64,000 nt of DNA, from the IMG/VR virus record IMGVR_UViG_3300042261_002390, positions 1 to 64,000 of that record. The stretch is one strand, 5' to 3'. A model generated the notes under the pieces. That model saw nothing but the letters and a program-made list of their open reading frames with translations. It searched no databases and was not told the DNA's origin. This document shows, in pieces, positions 16,770 through 26,230 of the stretch (position 1 is the first letter of the stretch; each line of letters starts with the position of its first letter). Position numbers and translations under genes: made by a program.

Positions 16770-19700
16770 TTATTGAATATTAATAGTATACATTGAATTA
16801 TATTTTGCTTTATCTGGATTTAATTCACTTGATGCACCTTGAACAATTTCCCCAATACTTTGAGATGAAAGCGGTGTATTATAATTAGTTTCATCCGAAC
16901 TACCACCCTGAAATCCCATACCAGCAGCAGGATTTAATACTCTAGGCATTGGGTATCTTAATATTTTTGTGCCAGAAAAACTAGTTTTCATACTATTCGC
17001 ATTAATTTCATGCTCGACTGAAACAATTAAATATGCTCCATTATATAGTGGTACATTATCTAATTGAAAGTATTGTGTTGGTTGAATCATTGCATTCCCA
17101 AGTCCACTAATAGTTGCTTTATATGCACGATTTTCATATAAATTATATAGATTTTGTCCTTTTGGAATTGGTGCATTTTTACCCTCATCCCCAGCCAACC
17201 TAGCTAATATTTGTATTGATTCGTTGGTTTCCGGGTATTCTTTGCTGTCAATTTTAATGCTACTAAACATCGACTGATTTTGTTGCCCAAATTTGACGTT
17301 AAATGCACGTACTTGTCTCCAAGGAAAATTACTACTATTTCGTTGGTATTGACTATCATATTCAGGATTTGGTACACTGTTTGAGCTAAATTCTTTAGCA
17401 TCAGTAGTCCCAATATTAAGAATTCCATCATTTTTAAATCCGTTATTAATATTGGTTGGGTAACTTGATGAACCACCAATGTACATGCACACAAATGCCG
17501 ATGTTTGCTCAACTTCACCAACAGGGTCTATTTTAAACGTGTCTGTCCAACTATTATCACTATATGTCATGAAATTTTGTAATGGAAAAAATTCAAACCC
17601 ATTCATTGATAATATTTGAGCTAAAACACTATAAACCGAAACATTTGTATCATTAAATAAATCAAGTAATATTTCCGGGTTAATAACAGTATCGCCAATA
17701 GGATTCATCGCTCTATCGACAAAAGCAAAAGAGTCAATTAATTCTTTATTTGGTTTATTGAATGGATATCCGTCGTTTGCACCTAATTTTCTTTCAGGCG
17801 AACACAGCCATTTATCATTAATATTTTTAAACGAATAATATGTTTGTGTTAATATATCCTCATCACCACTTAATTTTTTCGTTTCTTCATCTTCCTTAAT
17901 TTTTTTATTCTCTTTAGCAACCAATTCACTACCAATTCTCTCCATCAGACCTTTAAAATATCTATCATTAACGGCTTTTTTATTTGCATTCAAATTTACG
18001 TTAATTAATGAATCGTATTTTTCTTTTTTCGGCACATTTTTAAAAGTATTTTGACTAAAGATAACTATATTTGTTTTTGTCAATAATTGTCCTAAGATTG
18101 GTTTGAAAAAACTACCATGATTTTCAGGATTTTCTGTTTTAGGATTTAAATATGACTCATATGCAGTATATTTATTCATTTTTTTACTATTCACTAACGA
18201 TTTAACTTCATTATACATCAGTTTTAATTGTGCTCTCATCGTTAGGTAATAACTAGTTCTAAAAACCTCATATTTAGCAGCAAATGTTTCTTTATCTTTT
18301 TCAGACAATATTTTATCAATATCTTCGATATCAGCAAACATATATAAATTAACCAATCCATTGAATTTAGAGCCACCACCAGTACTATAAAATGCTTTTA
18401 ATTCATCAAGTAAGCCGTTATTTTTTGCATTAACCAATCCACCAATATAATATTGAAGATAGTTAGGTACTTCAACAACCGCAGGTGTTTGAAAAATTAC
18501 ATGATTTAAATTTTTTGGGTAAATATTAAAACAACTTAAAGTGTATCCAAAATTTGATAGTAAGATTATCGCACTTAAATCAGATTCAGTATTAATAACA
18601 TCATCAAATAAATCATCATCATATGCAGATAAAGTTTTTATCCACCTATCTACAACATTTGAAAACGATTTTAACCCATAATTTTCAGAAGGTGGATTTA
18701 AACCCAATTCAGCAAATCCAGCATTACCCTTATCCAATAACACCTCAATCGCAGCGTTTGCTGTTTTTTCATTATTGAATGATGCGACACTTGTTAAATA
18801 TCTAGTCTGCAATGAAATGCCTTCAAAATCGTCAATTTCTTCGTCATTAACAGCATTATTTTTAACGAAAGCATCTTTGATAAAAATAAGATTTTGCGTA
18901 GTGAATAAATATGATTCTTCCGGTAATCTGCCATTAAATAATTTTTTAAAAAAGCCTCGTTCTACAGTACTAACAAAAATATCAAGTGGTTTACTACCAT
19001 CAGCAGTTGGCTGTTGTAAATCTATTGCCTCATCAACAATATTTAACCCAACATAATTTGGGTTTGTCTTATCAACATATGCACCATTAATATTGTCGAT
19101 GCTTTCTACTCCAAACTCCGGAAATGCATAAACATCAGTTAAATTATTACTCAAATATTTATAAAAATTATCCGGATTTTTATTATTATTTGCAAATGTT
19201 TTTAAATTACTAGATAATCCAGTATTATTAATCGATAATATTAAATTCAATGCTTCTGATTTTGAATATAAATCAACATATGCGCCATTTGCTTCAGTTA
19301 CGTTATTATAGAAACCATCAGGCAATGAACTTTGAGTTAGCACGTAAAATCTGTCTAGCAATATTTTTAATATTTGGTTTATCCTACTATCTGCACTAAG
19401 ATTAACCGACCCGGTAGTTGAATCAATATTAGAATATGGCGATGCTGGATTATTTGTAGATAATGATGAATCAAATGGGGATATTGGTATCCACACATTA
19501 TTACCTTCAGCATCAGTTTCTTCTTTCATCATCGCATCTGCAGCTTTTTGTCTTTGCAAAGTAAACGTATCTATGAACTTAGTAACTAACTGCATTTCAG
19601 GGAATGGGTCTGAAGCAGGTAAACTTTTATTAATTAATATTGGTGATATTCTAACTTCTTGGTCATTATTCTGTTTGCTGATAATTAGTGGAAATGCATA

Positions 19701-21296
19701 TATGTTATCATTGAGATTATCATTACCACTATCTCTCATACCATAATTAGCAATAATTCTTTTAAAATCAGGCTTATTATGGTGGTCTTGTGCAGATATT
19801 GATGTTGCCCTTAAAATATTGAAGAATTTATCAACATCATTCAATATTATTTTAAAGATGTTATATATGGTGGGTCTCATACCCAAAGTTTGCTCAATTG
19901 AATTATTAATTTTCTCATTAATTGATTTAGCTACATCTTTTTTGCTTTTTTCAATATCAATTTTCGATTTATATAATTTAACATAAAAATCAGTAACATC
20001 AAGAACAGCATATTTTAGTTCAAGATTTGAGTTGTTTGAATTGGTAGATAAATCAAAATTATTGTAAATCACCGTTAATGAAATATCGCTATTAACAATA
20101 CTTCCCTTAGTACCGCTCATAGCACCACTTGTTAATAATTGTGTACGATATATATCCAATCTATTGTTAAGAATAGCTATATTGCTTGGGTTTGAAATAT
20201 ATCCAACATATAATCTTTTAGATGTAGTACTTGGAGTATCTGTAGCATTAAAATTCTTAATAACATCATCATATTCGTAAATTGTTTTTAGTGGGGTGAT
20301 AACATTATCACCAACTTTACTTGTTGCAGGAGGATTTGCAATAGAATAAGATAGCGATGCATCAATATATTGACCTACAACACCTGATATTAAATTTTCA
20401 TAACCAATAGGTTGTGATGAGGCACTTGTATCACTAATAAACACATATGGAATTGCATTTCCATCACTTTTTAATGCATCATAAAAATTAGCTAACGCTT
20501 CTGTTGCTGTTTTATTTGCTTGTAGCTCGTTATTTAATGCATCATATTTATCACTATCACTATTTGTTTTAAGCTGCTTATCGACAACGCTATATAAATT
20601 TCTCAATTTTAAAATCAAATCATTTGTATTTGCAGGAGGCTGCGAAGTGTCTGAATTTATAGATTGGGCATTATTATCCATTAATGGAAAATTAACGATA
20701 TATCTAAACAATACATCACTCAACGGTGCAAACGTAATCGCAACAAATTCACCATTAATAATAAAATTACCACTTTCTGAACTAAATTCAGTGGTATATT
20801 TTACCAAATGTAGTTTATAGCTTAATGTTCTACCATAATAACCCTTAATTTTTAATTCAAAAGTTGGTGGTGGAAAATCAAACAATATTCTATATGGTGA
20901 ATTTTCTTGGTTAAAGAATGATAAACCTCTCAAGTCAACAAATTGTATTGATACTTGAGGAATAAATGATGAATTAATAACTACTTTAATATTAGTAATA
21001 CCAAATGATTCAAATTGTGTTTCATTATTCATTGTACTACCATCATAATAATTTGTGGTAAAATTAAGATAATTTGGATTGTCAGGATTTTGATTGTTTC
21101 CTAAAAAATTTACAATTACATCAACATCAGTTTTTAAACCTTCACCAACCACGATAACACTTCTTCCTTTCCTAGAAGCAGTTAATTCAGCAAATATGTG
21201 CATATCCTGATATTGTGGAATTGCATTAGGTATTGCAGTATTAATGTTAACACTGTTTGGGTCATCTAAATATTTGATATTGTTTTGACTTGGCAT
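16770..21296 (-). CDS. Very large baseplate hub-like protein (gp27/GPD-type C-terminus)
   Basis: ~1508 aa; N-terminal FGITNIKV...SIQFVDLRG; C-terminal ATISGLGNAMIQPTQYFQL...GAYLIVSVEHEI...TSFSG typical of hub proteins; start MPSQ at 21296 follows the late motif (21313-21321, minus strand). Confidence 0.6.
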   Translation of the reverse strand: MPSQNNIKYLDDPNSVNINTAIPNAIPQYQDMHIFAELTASRKGRSVIVVGEGLKTDVDVIVNFLGNNQNPDNPNYLNFTTNYYDGSTMNNETQFESFGITNIKVVINSSFIPQVSIQFVDLRGLSFFNQENSPYRILFDFPPPTFELKIKGYYGRTLSYKLHLVKYTTEFSSESGNFIINGEFVAITFAPLSDVLFRYIVNFPLMDNNAQSINSDTSQPPANTNDLILKLRNLYSVVDKQLKTNSDSDKYDALNNELQANKTATEALANFYDALKSDGNAIPYVFISDTSASSQPIGYENLISGVVGQYIDASLSYSIANPPATSKVGDNVITPLKTIYEYDDVIKNFNATDTPSTTSKRLYVGYISNPSNIAILNNRLDIYRTQLLTSGAMSGTKGSIVNSDISLTVIYNNFDLSTNSNNSNLELKYAVLDVTDFYVKLYKSKIDIEKSKKDVAKSINEKINNSIEQTLGMRPTIYNIFKIILNDVDKFFNILRATSISAQDHHNKPDFKRIIANYGMRDSGNDNLNDNIYAFPLIISKQNNDQEVRISPILINKSLPASDPFPEMQLVTKFIDTFTLQRQKAADAMMKEETDAEGNNVWIPISPFDSSLSTNNPASPYSNIDSTTGSVNLSADSRINQILKILLDRFYVLTQSSLPDGFYNNVTEANGAYVDLYSKSEALNLILSINNTGLSSNLKTFANNNKNPDNFYKYLSNNLTDVYAFPEFGVESIDNINGAYVDKTNPNYVGLNIVDEAIDLQQPTADGSKPLDIFVSTVERGFFKKLFNGRLPEESYLFTTQNLIFIKDAFVKNNAVNDEEIDDFEGISLQTRYLTSVASFNNEKTANAAIEVLLDKGNAGFAELGLNPPSENYGLKSFSNVVDRWIKTLSAYDDDLFDDVINTESDLSAIILLSNFGYTLSCFNIYPKNLNHVIFQTPAVVEVPNYLQYYIGGLVNAKNNGLLDELKAFYSTGGGSKFNGLVNLYMFADIEDIDKILSEKDKETFAAKYEVFRTSYYLTMRAQLKLMYNEVKSLVNSKKMNKYTAYESYLNPKTENPENHGSFFKPILGQLLTKTNIVIFSQNTFKNVPKKEKYDSLINVNLNANKKAVNDRYFKGLMERIGSELVAKENKKIKEDEETKKLSGDEDILTQTYYSFKNINDKWLCSPERKLGANDGYPFNKPNKELIDSFAFVDRAMNPIGDTVINPEILLDLFNDTNVSVYSVLAQILSMNGFEFFPLQNFMTYSDNSWTDTFKIDPVGEVEQTSAFVCMYIGGSSSYPTNINNGFKNDGILNIGTTDAKEFSSNSVPNPEYDSQYQRNSSNFPWRQVRAFNVKFGQQNQSMFSSIKIDSKEYPETNESIQILARLAGDEGKNAPIPKGQNLYNLYENRAYKATISGLGNAMIQPTQYFQLDNVPLYNGAYLIVSVEHEINANSMKTSFSGTKILRYPMPRVLNPAAGMGFQGGSSDETNYNTPLSSQSIGEIVQGASSELNPDKAKYNSMYTINIQ

Positions 21297-21397
21297 ATTA
21301 TTGGATTTTTTATATAAATACGAACCCACAAAAATTACAAAATTATAATAATTATTGAAACTATTTAACTATTTATATCCATAATATATTAACATAA

Positions 21398-21838
21398 ATG
21401 ATTTCATATATAATCAACATATTTTTATCTTCCACAGTAGGCGTACCGATTTGGTATTATAATGCATTTTTTTACCTATTCGTTGTTCTCATGATAGTAT
21501 CTGGAATACTTGTTTATTTTTTAGCAAAAAAAATAACAATTAAAACTGCAGAAATGAAATTAGTACAACAGCAATACGCAGCTAAAATTGATGTTATTAG
21601 AAAAGAACATGCTGAAACATTAGAAAAAATTAGGGTCGATATGTTAAATCGTGAACAGGAAAGAACACGTCAATGGATTGAATCTGAAAAAGAAACATTG
21701 CATGTATTAAATGGTGTATCAAATTTGCTCGATTTAAATGAGAAAATAAACAAGTTTGAATCAGATAAAATTTTAGAAAAACTTAATGAAATACAAATTA
21801 AAGTCGAAAAATTAACGGACAATAACAATAATAAATAA
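21398..21838 (+). CDS. Membrane protein with N-terminal TM segment(s) and coiled coil (holin/spanin-like candidate)
   Basis: Hydrophobic AFFYLFVVLMIVSGILVYFLA followed by long heptad region. Confidence 0.4.
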   Translation: MISYIINIFLSSTVGVPIWYYNAFFYLFVVLMIVSGILVYFLAKKITIKTAEMKLVQQQYAAKIDVIRKEHAETLEKIRVDMLNREQERTRQWIESEKETLHVLNGVSNLLDLNEKINKFESDKILEKLNEIQIKVEKLTDNNNNK

Positions 21839-21841
21839 CCT

Positions 21842-21994
21842 ATGTCAAATAAGCTAGATAAGTTGAGAGAGATTAACTCATTGCTTCATAAAAAAATACG
21901 TAATATTGAAATAGCAATGTTTATTGAGGATTATGACATGTTTGATAAGGAATCAAAACAATCACATAAAAAAACGAAACAAACTCAAAAATAA
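21842..21994 (+). CDS. Small ORF not in track (MSNKLDKLREINSLLHKKIRNIEIAMF..., 50 aa)
   Basis: ATG 21842, TAA 21992-21994; fills the gap exactly. Confidence 0.5.
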   Translation: MSNKLDKLREINSLLHKKIRNIEIAMFIEDYDMFDKESKQSHKKTKQTQK

Positions 21995-22024
21995 GACTAT
22001 TTATATAAAATTTAGTAAATTATT

Positions 22025-22726
22025 ATGAGTAGAATATTGCAAGCAGGTGAAAAAGGATTTGGAATTTTAATTGAAAGTGATGCTGGTTATATCAGTACTG
22101 ATTTAAATCCTGCGTTTATAAATGAAGGTTTTGAATTAAAGCCAAATGAACCTGTTCTAATTAATTGTATTTTACAGAAATGGGGTGTTAAAAATAAAAA
22201 TGGTCGAATATATCCAAAATCAGTATTAGTTCCCCAAGTTGAATCATATCAACAATTAGTATCTAATAATAGTGCTGTTTCTGAAGCAGACCATCCAGAT
22301 TCATCAATAATTTCATTACAAAATATCTCACACATGATTACTAAAATGTGGTGGGGTAAAGGCGACCATGAAAATGTATTATATGGTCAATTGAAAATCA
22401 TTGTTAGCCCGGGTTATATTAAATATGGAGTTGTTTCGGTTGTAGGTGATAAAATAATATTATACATACAAAATAAAATAAGATTAGGCATCTCATCACG
22501 TGGGGTTGGTAGTCTTAAAGAAATAAACGGCGAAAATTTAGTACAGTCAGATTTTGAGTTAATTGGTTTTGACTTAGTTGCAACTCCAAGTACTCCGGGT
22601 GCATATTTATTTCCTGAACAATCAAATTCAGTAACATTCGGTGAAAATTATGTACAAAAGAATGGAATTTATTTGAAGGAAGATGATGAGAAAATCATAA
22701 ATACACTCAATAAATTCTTATTATGA
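22025..22726 (+). CDS. Prohead protease (T4 gp21-like)
   Basis: KNKNGRIYP, SEADHP (catalytic His), GISSRGVGS (catalytic Ser), FDLVATPSTPGA. Confidence 0.95.
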   Translation: MSRILQAGEKGFGILIESDAGYISTDLNPAFINEGFELKPNEPVLINCILQKWGVKNKNGRIYPKSVLVPQVESYQQLVSNNSAVSEADHPDSSIISLQNISHMITKMWWGKGDHENVLYGQLKIIVSPGYIKYGVVSVVGDKIILYIQNKIRLGISSRGVGSLKEINGENLVQSDFELIGFDLVATPSTPGAYLFPEQSNSVTFGENYVQKNGIYLKEDDEKIINTLNKFLL

Positions 22727-22810
22727 TAGATTTTAAGTAGATTTTTATTAAAAAATATACTTTTTTAGAATGATTATGTATTTATATAAAAATTAACAAC
22801 ATTTCGAAAT

Positions 22811-24433
22811 ATGGCAGACGAAGAAAAAACATCAATTATTAAAGAAGCATTAGCTGATTTAAATGCTATTAGAGAAGCTGCGGAACTTAATGCCATGAAA
22901 AGATTGGCTCAAAGCAATCCGAATAACTTCGATAAATTGTTAAAAGAAGAATTAAATAAAAATAAAAAAGCAAAAGAATCTTATAAAAAAATAGATGATG
23001 CTGAAGAGTCTGAGCAATCAGATAAAACAAAATTAAAAAACGAATCTGATATGAAGAATCAAGCAAATGAGACCGTAAAGGTTGTTGACACAGTTGGAAA
23101 AGGCGAACCTTTTGAAAAAAAGGTTAAAGGTGGTAAACCTGTAGAAGAAGATGTACACATTAAAAAAGGTGGTGGTGTAACCATTACTGACACTATCGGA
23201 AAAAGCGACCCATTTTCTGAAAAGAAAAAAGGTCAAAAAATCGAAGAAGAACGTGAAAAAGATTTTATGGGCGATGTTGAAAGCGATACTCCAAACCAAG
23301 CTAAAGGCGAAACAGGTAAAGGTGTTGCATTTAAGGAAAAAATTAAACCACCTACTGTAGGTAAACCTATTTCAAATTTGAAAGAAGAATTCAACATTTC
23401 AGAACTTGACATGAGTACTGTAGGTACTGCATTGGATAATGCCGACGAAGAAGATGAAATCATCACTATTGATGAAATCGAAGAAGAAATTCAAGGCATG
23501 AGTGGATTACCCCGTCCTGAATTACAGAAACGTGGCGAACCACTTGGACAAACAGGTGATGCTTATCAACAATTAGTTAGTATGAGAAATCAAATTGACG
23601 AAATGTTAAAAGGTATGAATCCTGAAGAAGAAAGTGCTGGCATGGAAGAAGAAGGTATGGAAGAAGGCGATGATATTACTACTGCTGATATTGAATCAGT
23701 ATTAGGTTCAGCACCGGAAGAAGAAGAAGAGGAAGAAGAATCTTACGCTCCTGAAGAAGAAGAGGAAGAAGAATCTTATTTACCTGAACAGGAAGAAGAA
23801 GAAACTTATAAACCTGAAATCGAAGAAGCTTTAGGCGTTTCACATGCAACAAATAAAATTACAACAGCTCATAATCCACGTCCTGCGTATGCTAGTAGTC
23901 CAGCAGCAGTTGAAAGAAGAAGACCATCGACACAAGGCATGTATGAAAGCAAGAAATTTAATAGTTTAATTGAAGAAAACAAAAAGTTAACTAAAAAATT
24001 GAACGAAACAAAAAAATTGAAAGATTCTGCTACGTCATTGGTTGAAAGCTACAAAACAGCACTCGAAAAATATCGCAATCAATTGAAAGAAATGGCAGTT
24101 TTCAACACCAATTTAGCACACGTTAATAATTTATTGGTAAATGAAAGCTTGGCATTAACTCAAGATGATAAAATTAAAATTATCAACGGATTTAAAAAAG
24201 TTGATAGTATTACTGAATCACAGAATGTTTATAAAACTTTCTTAACAGAAATGAATGAAAGTGGTAAAAAAACAATTTCTGAAGGTATTAAAGGTAAAGT
24301 ATCAGCCTCGATACAGCCATCTTCAAAACAAAAACTTGATGAAGTAGTCGAAAAAACAGCATATTCAAATAATGAGCATGTTTCACGCATGAAAAATCTT
24401 ATTGAATATGTAGAAAAAAGAGGTAAAAAATAA
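22811..24433 (+). CDS. Prohead core/scaffold protein
   Basis: Acidic, coiled-coil protein between protease and MCP; C-terminal RMKNL motif. Confidence 0.75.
   Translation: MADEEKTSIIKEALADLNAIREAAELNAMKRLAQSNPNNFDKLLKEELNKNKKAKESYKKIDDAEESEQSDKTKLKNESDMKNQANETVKVVDTVGKGEPFEKKVKGGKPVEEDVHIKKGGGVTITDTIGKSDPFSEKKKGQKIEEEREKDFMGDVESDTPNQAKGETGKGVAFKEKIKPPTVGKPISNLKEEFNISELDMSTVGTALDNADEEDEIITIDEIEEEIQGMSGLPRPELQKRGEPLGQTGDAYQQLVSMRNQIDEMLKGMNPEEESAGMEEEGMEEGDDITTADIESVLGSAPEEEEEEEESYAPEEEEEEESYLPEQEEEETYKPEIEEALGVSHATNKITTAHNPRPAYASSPAAVERRRPSTQGMYESKKFNSLIEENKKLTKKLNETKKLKDSATSLVESYKTALEKYRNQLKEMAVFNTNLAHVNNLLVNESLALTQDDKIKIINGFKKVDSITESQNVYKTFLTEMNESGKKTISEGIKGKVSASIQPSSKQKLDEVVEKTAYSNNEHVSRMKNLIEYVEKRGKK
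23714..23818 (+). repeat. Three coding repeats PE(E/Q)EEEE(S/T)Y
   Basis: GAAGAAGAGGAAGAAGAATCTTA repeated twice plus a variant. Confidence 0.85.
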
Positions 24434-24461
24434 TAACTTAAAATAAAAAAAATTTAATAAC

Positions 24462-26144
24462 ATGGGATTTTTAACAGAAAGTGCTGAAGTTGGTAATATC
24501 GGATTAAAACAACTTCGTGAGCAAAGAGAAATTACAACTAACCGTTGGGAAAAAATCGGTTTATTGGAAGGTTTGGAAGGTAATGTAAAAGAAAATTGTG
24601 CTCAATTATTTGAAAATCAATTGTCTTATATGATTAACGAATCTTCAGATTCGACCAATTCAGGTCAATTTGAAACCGTAGCGTTCCCGGTTATCCGAAG
24701 AGTATTTGCAAAATTACTTGCTAACGACATCGTGTCGGTTCAAGCATTGAATTTACCTATTGGTAAATTGTATTACATTAACCCAAAAGCTAGTGTTCGT
24801 GTACAAGATGGTACTCATACAAACGTAGCTGGTCTTGAGCATACTTCACCTGATGGTGCTTATGGTAATGCTGCAACAAAACCATCAACTTCAAGAACAC
24901 AGTTCGAAACTCGTTCATTATACGATGCATTCTATGCAAGTGAATATAATGAAGAAGGTACTTCATTGTTCGACCGTTCAAAAGGTGACATGACTGTTCA
25001 CACTGGTGCAACTTCTGCATCTACTTTCGTTATCGGTACTGATAAATTTATCACTGTACAAATTGGTGGTTTCTTGGTAGCAGATTCAGGTAAATTAGTA
25101 GGTCCTGCTGGTGTTCAGATGGATACTGAATCATTCCTTGCTTCTTTGAAAATTACTGCTGATGCTGACTTAGTAGCTCCTGCTGGATTTACTGACCAAA
25201 ACATTCCTGCTGGTTCTTCAATTCCTTTCAACGTAAAGGTACAGAAATACGGTCAGGCAATCGTTGACAAAGCTGGTATTATTACTTTAGTTGTTGACGT
25301 TCAGTATGCCGGAACTAATGGATATCAACCATTGAGTGCTACAACTACTCCTACATTCAACTACGAATATAGAAGTTATTCAGACCTTGAAGAAGATTCA
25401 AGAATGGCTGAAGTTACTTTCCAACTTGACCAAGTTACTGTTTCCGTAGAAACTCGTAAAATGCGTGCTATGTGGACACCTGAATTAGCTCAGGACGTTA
25501 GTGCATTCCATAACATTGATGCTGAAGCTGAATTAACTGCTTTATTGTCAGAACAAATGGCTGCTGAAATCGACCGTGAAATTCTTCGTGACCTTCGTAG
25601 AGGTGCTGCTTGGACTGCTCGTTGGGACTACAACGGATTGCGTCGTCAATCAAATACTTACTATGGAACACAAAAAGACTGGAATCAGACATTAATCACT
25701 AAGATTAACCAGATTTCTGCTCAAATCCATAAAGCTACTCTTCGTGGTGGTGCATCTTGGGTTGTTGTTTCTCCTGAAGTAAGTGCTGTATTCGATGACC
25801 TTGAATACTTCCACGTATCAAACGCTGCTCCTGAACAGGACAAATATAACATGGGTATCGAAAAAATCGGTACATTGAGTGGACGTTACATCGTTTACCG
25901 TGACCCATATTCACCTGCTAATACTATCCTTATTGGACACAAAGGTAATAGCATCTTAGAGACCGGTTACATATACGCTCCATACGTACCAATGCAGTTA
26001 ACTCCTGTAATGTACAACCCATTCGATTTCACTCCTATTCGTGGTATCATGACTCGTTATGCTAAGAAAATGGTATTGAACCGTTACTACGGACGTATCT
26101 ATTGCGATGGTCTTCAAACTTTTGGTATTGGTGATTTGCAATAA
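24462..26144 (+). CDS. Major capsid protein (T4 gp23-like)
   Basis: VRRVF-like PVIRRVF, DIVSVQAL, TRKMRAMWTPELAQDVSAFHNIDAEAELTALLSEQMAAEIDREI, GYIYAPYVP, RGIMTRYA. Confidence 0.97.
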   Translation: MGFLTESAEVGNIGLKQLREQREITTNRWEKIGLLEGLEGNVKENCAQLFENQLSYMINESSDSTNSGQFETVAFPVIRRVFAKLLANDIVSVQALNLPIGKLYYINPKASVRVQDGTHTNVAGLEHTSPDGAYGNAATKPSTSRTQFETRSLYDAFYASEYNEEGTSLFDRSKGDMTVHTGATSASTFVIGTDKFITVQIGGFLVADSGKLVGPAGVQMDTESFLASLKITADADLVAPAGFTDQNIPAGSSIPFNVKVQKYGQAIVDKAGIITLVVDVQYAGTNGYQPLSATTTPTFNYEYRSYSDLEEDSRMAEVTFQLDQVTVSVETRKMRAMWTPELAQDVSAFHNIDAEAELTALLSEQMAAEIDREILRDLRRGAAWTARWDYNGLRRQSNTYYGTQKDWNQTLITKINQISAQIHKATLRGGASWVVVSPEVSAVFDDLEYFHVSNAAPEQDKYNMGIEKIGTLSGRYIVYRDPYSPANTILIGHKGNSILETGYIYAPYVPMQLTPVMYNPFDFTPIRGIMTRYAKKMVLNRYYGRIYCDGLQTFGIGDLQ

Positions 26145-26163
26145 TAATTTCTAATATATTCTT

Positions 26164-26194
26164 AAAAAGGTTGCATATTATGCAACCTTTTTTT
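26164..26194 (+). terminator. Intrinsic terminator after the MCP gene
   Basis: AAAAAGGTTGCAT-AT-TATGCAACCTTTTTTT palindrome. Confidence 0.85.
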
Positions 26195-26201
26195 ATCTTT
26201 G
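26171..26201 (+). promoter_or_regulatory. Bacteroidota-type sigma promoter (TTG-N20-TATCTTTG)
   Basis: TTG 26171-73 and TAnnTTTG 26194-26201; matches the known Bacteroides -33/-7 consensus; overlaps the terminator. Confidence 0.6.
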
Positions 26202-26230
26202 TACGTGTTTATGCATAAACACATAGTTTT

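Noticed and set aside
8243-23818. CRISPR array suggested by short repeats
   Set aside because: The repeats are in-frame coding low-complexity units without unique spacers; no cas genes
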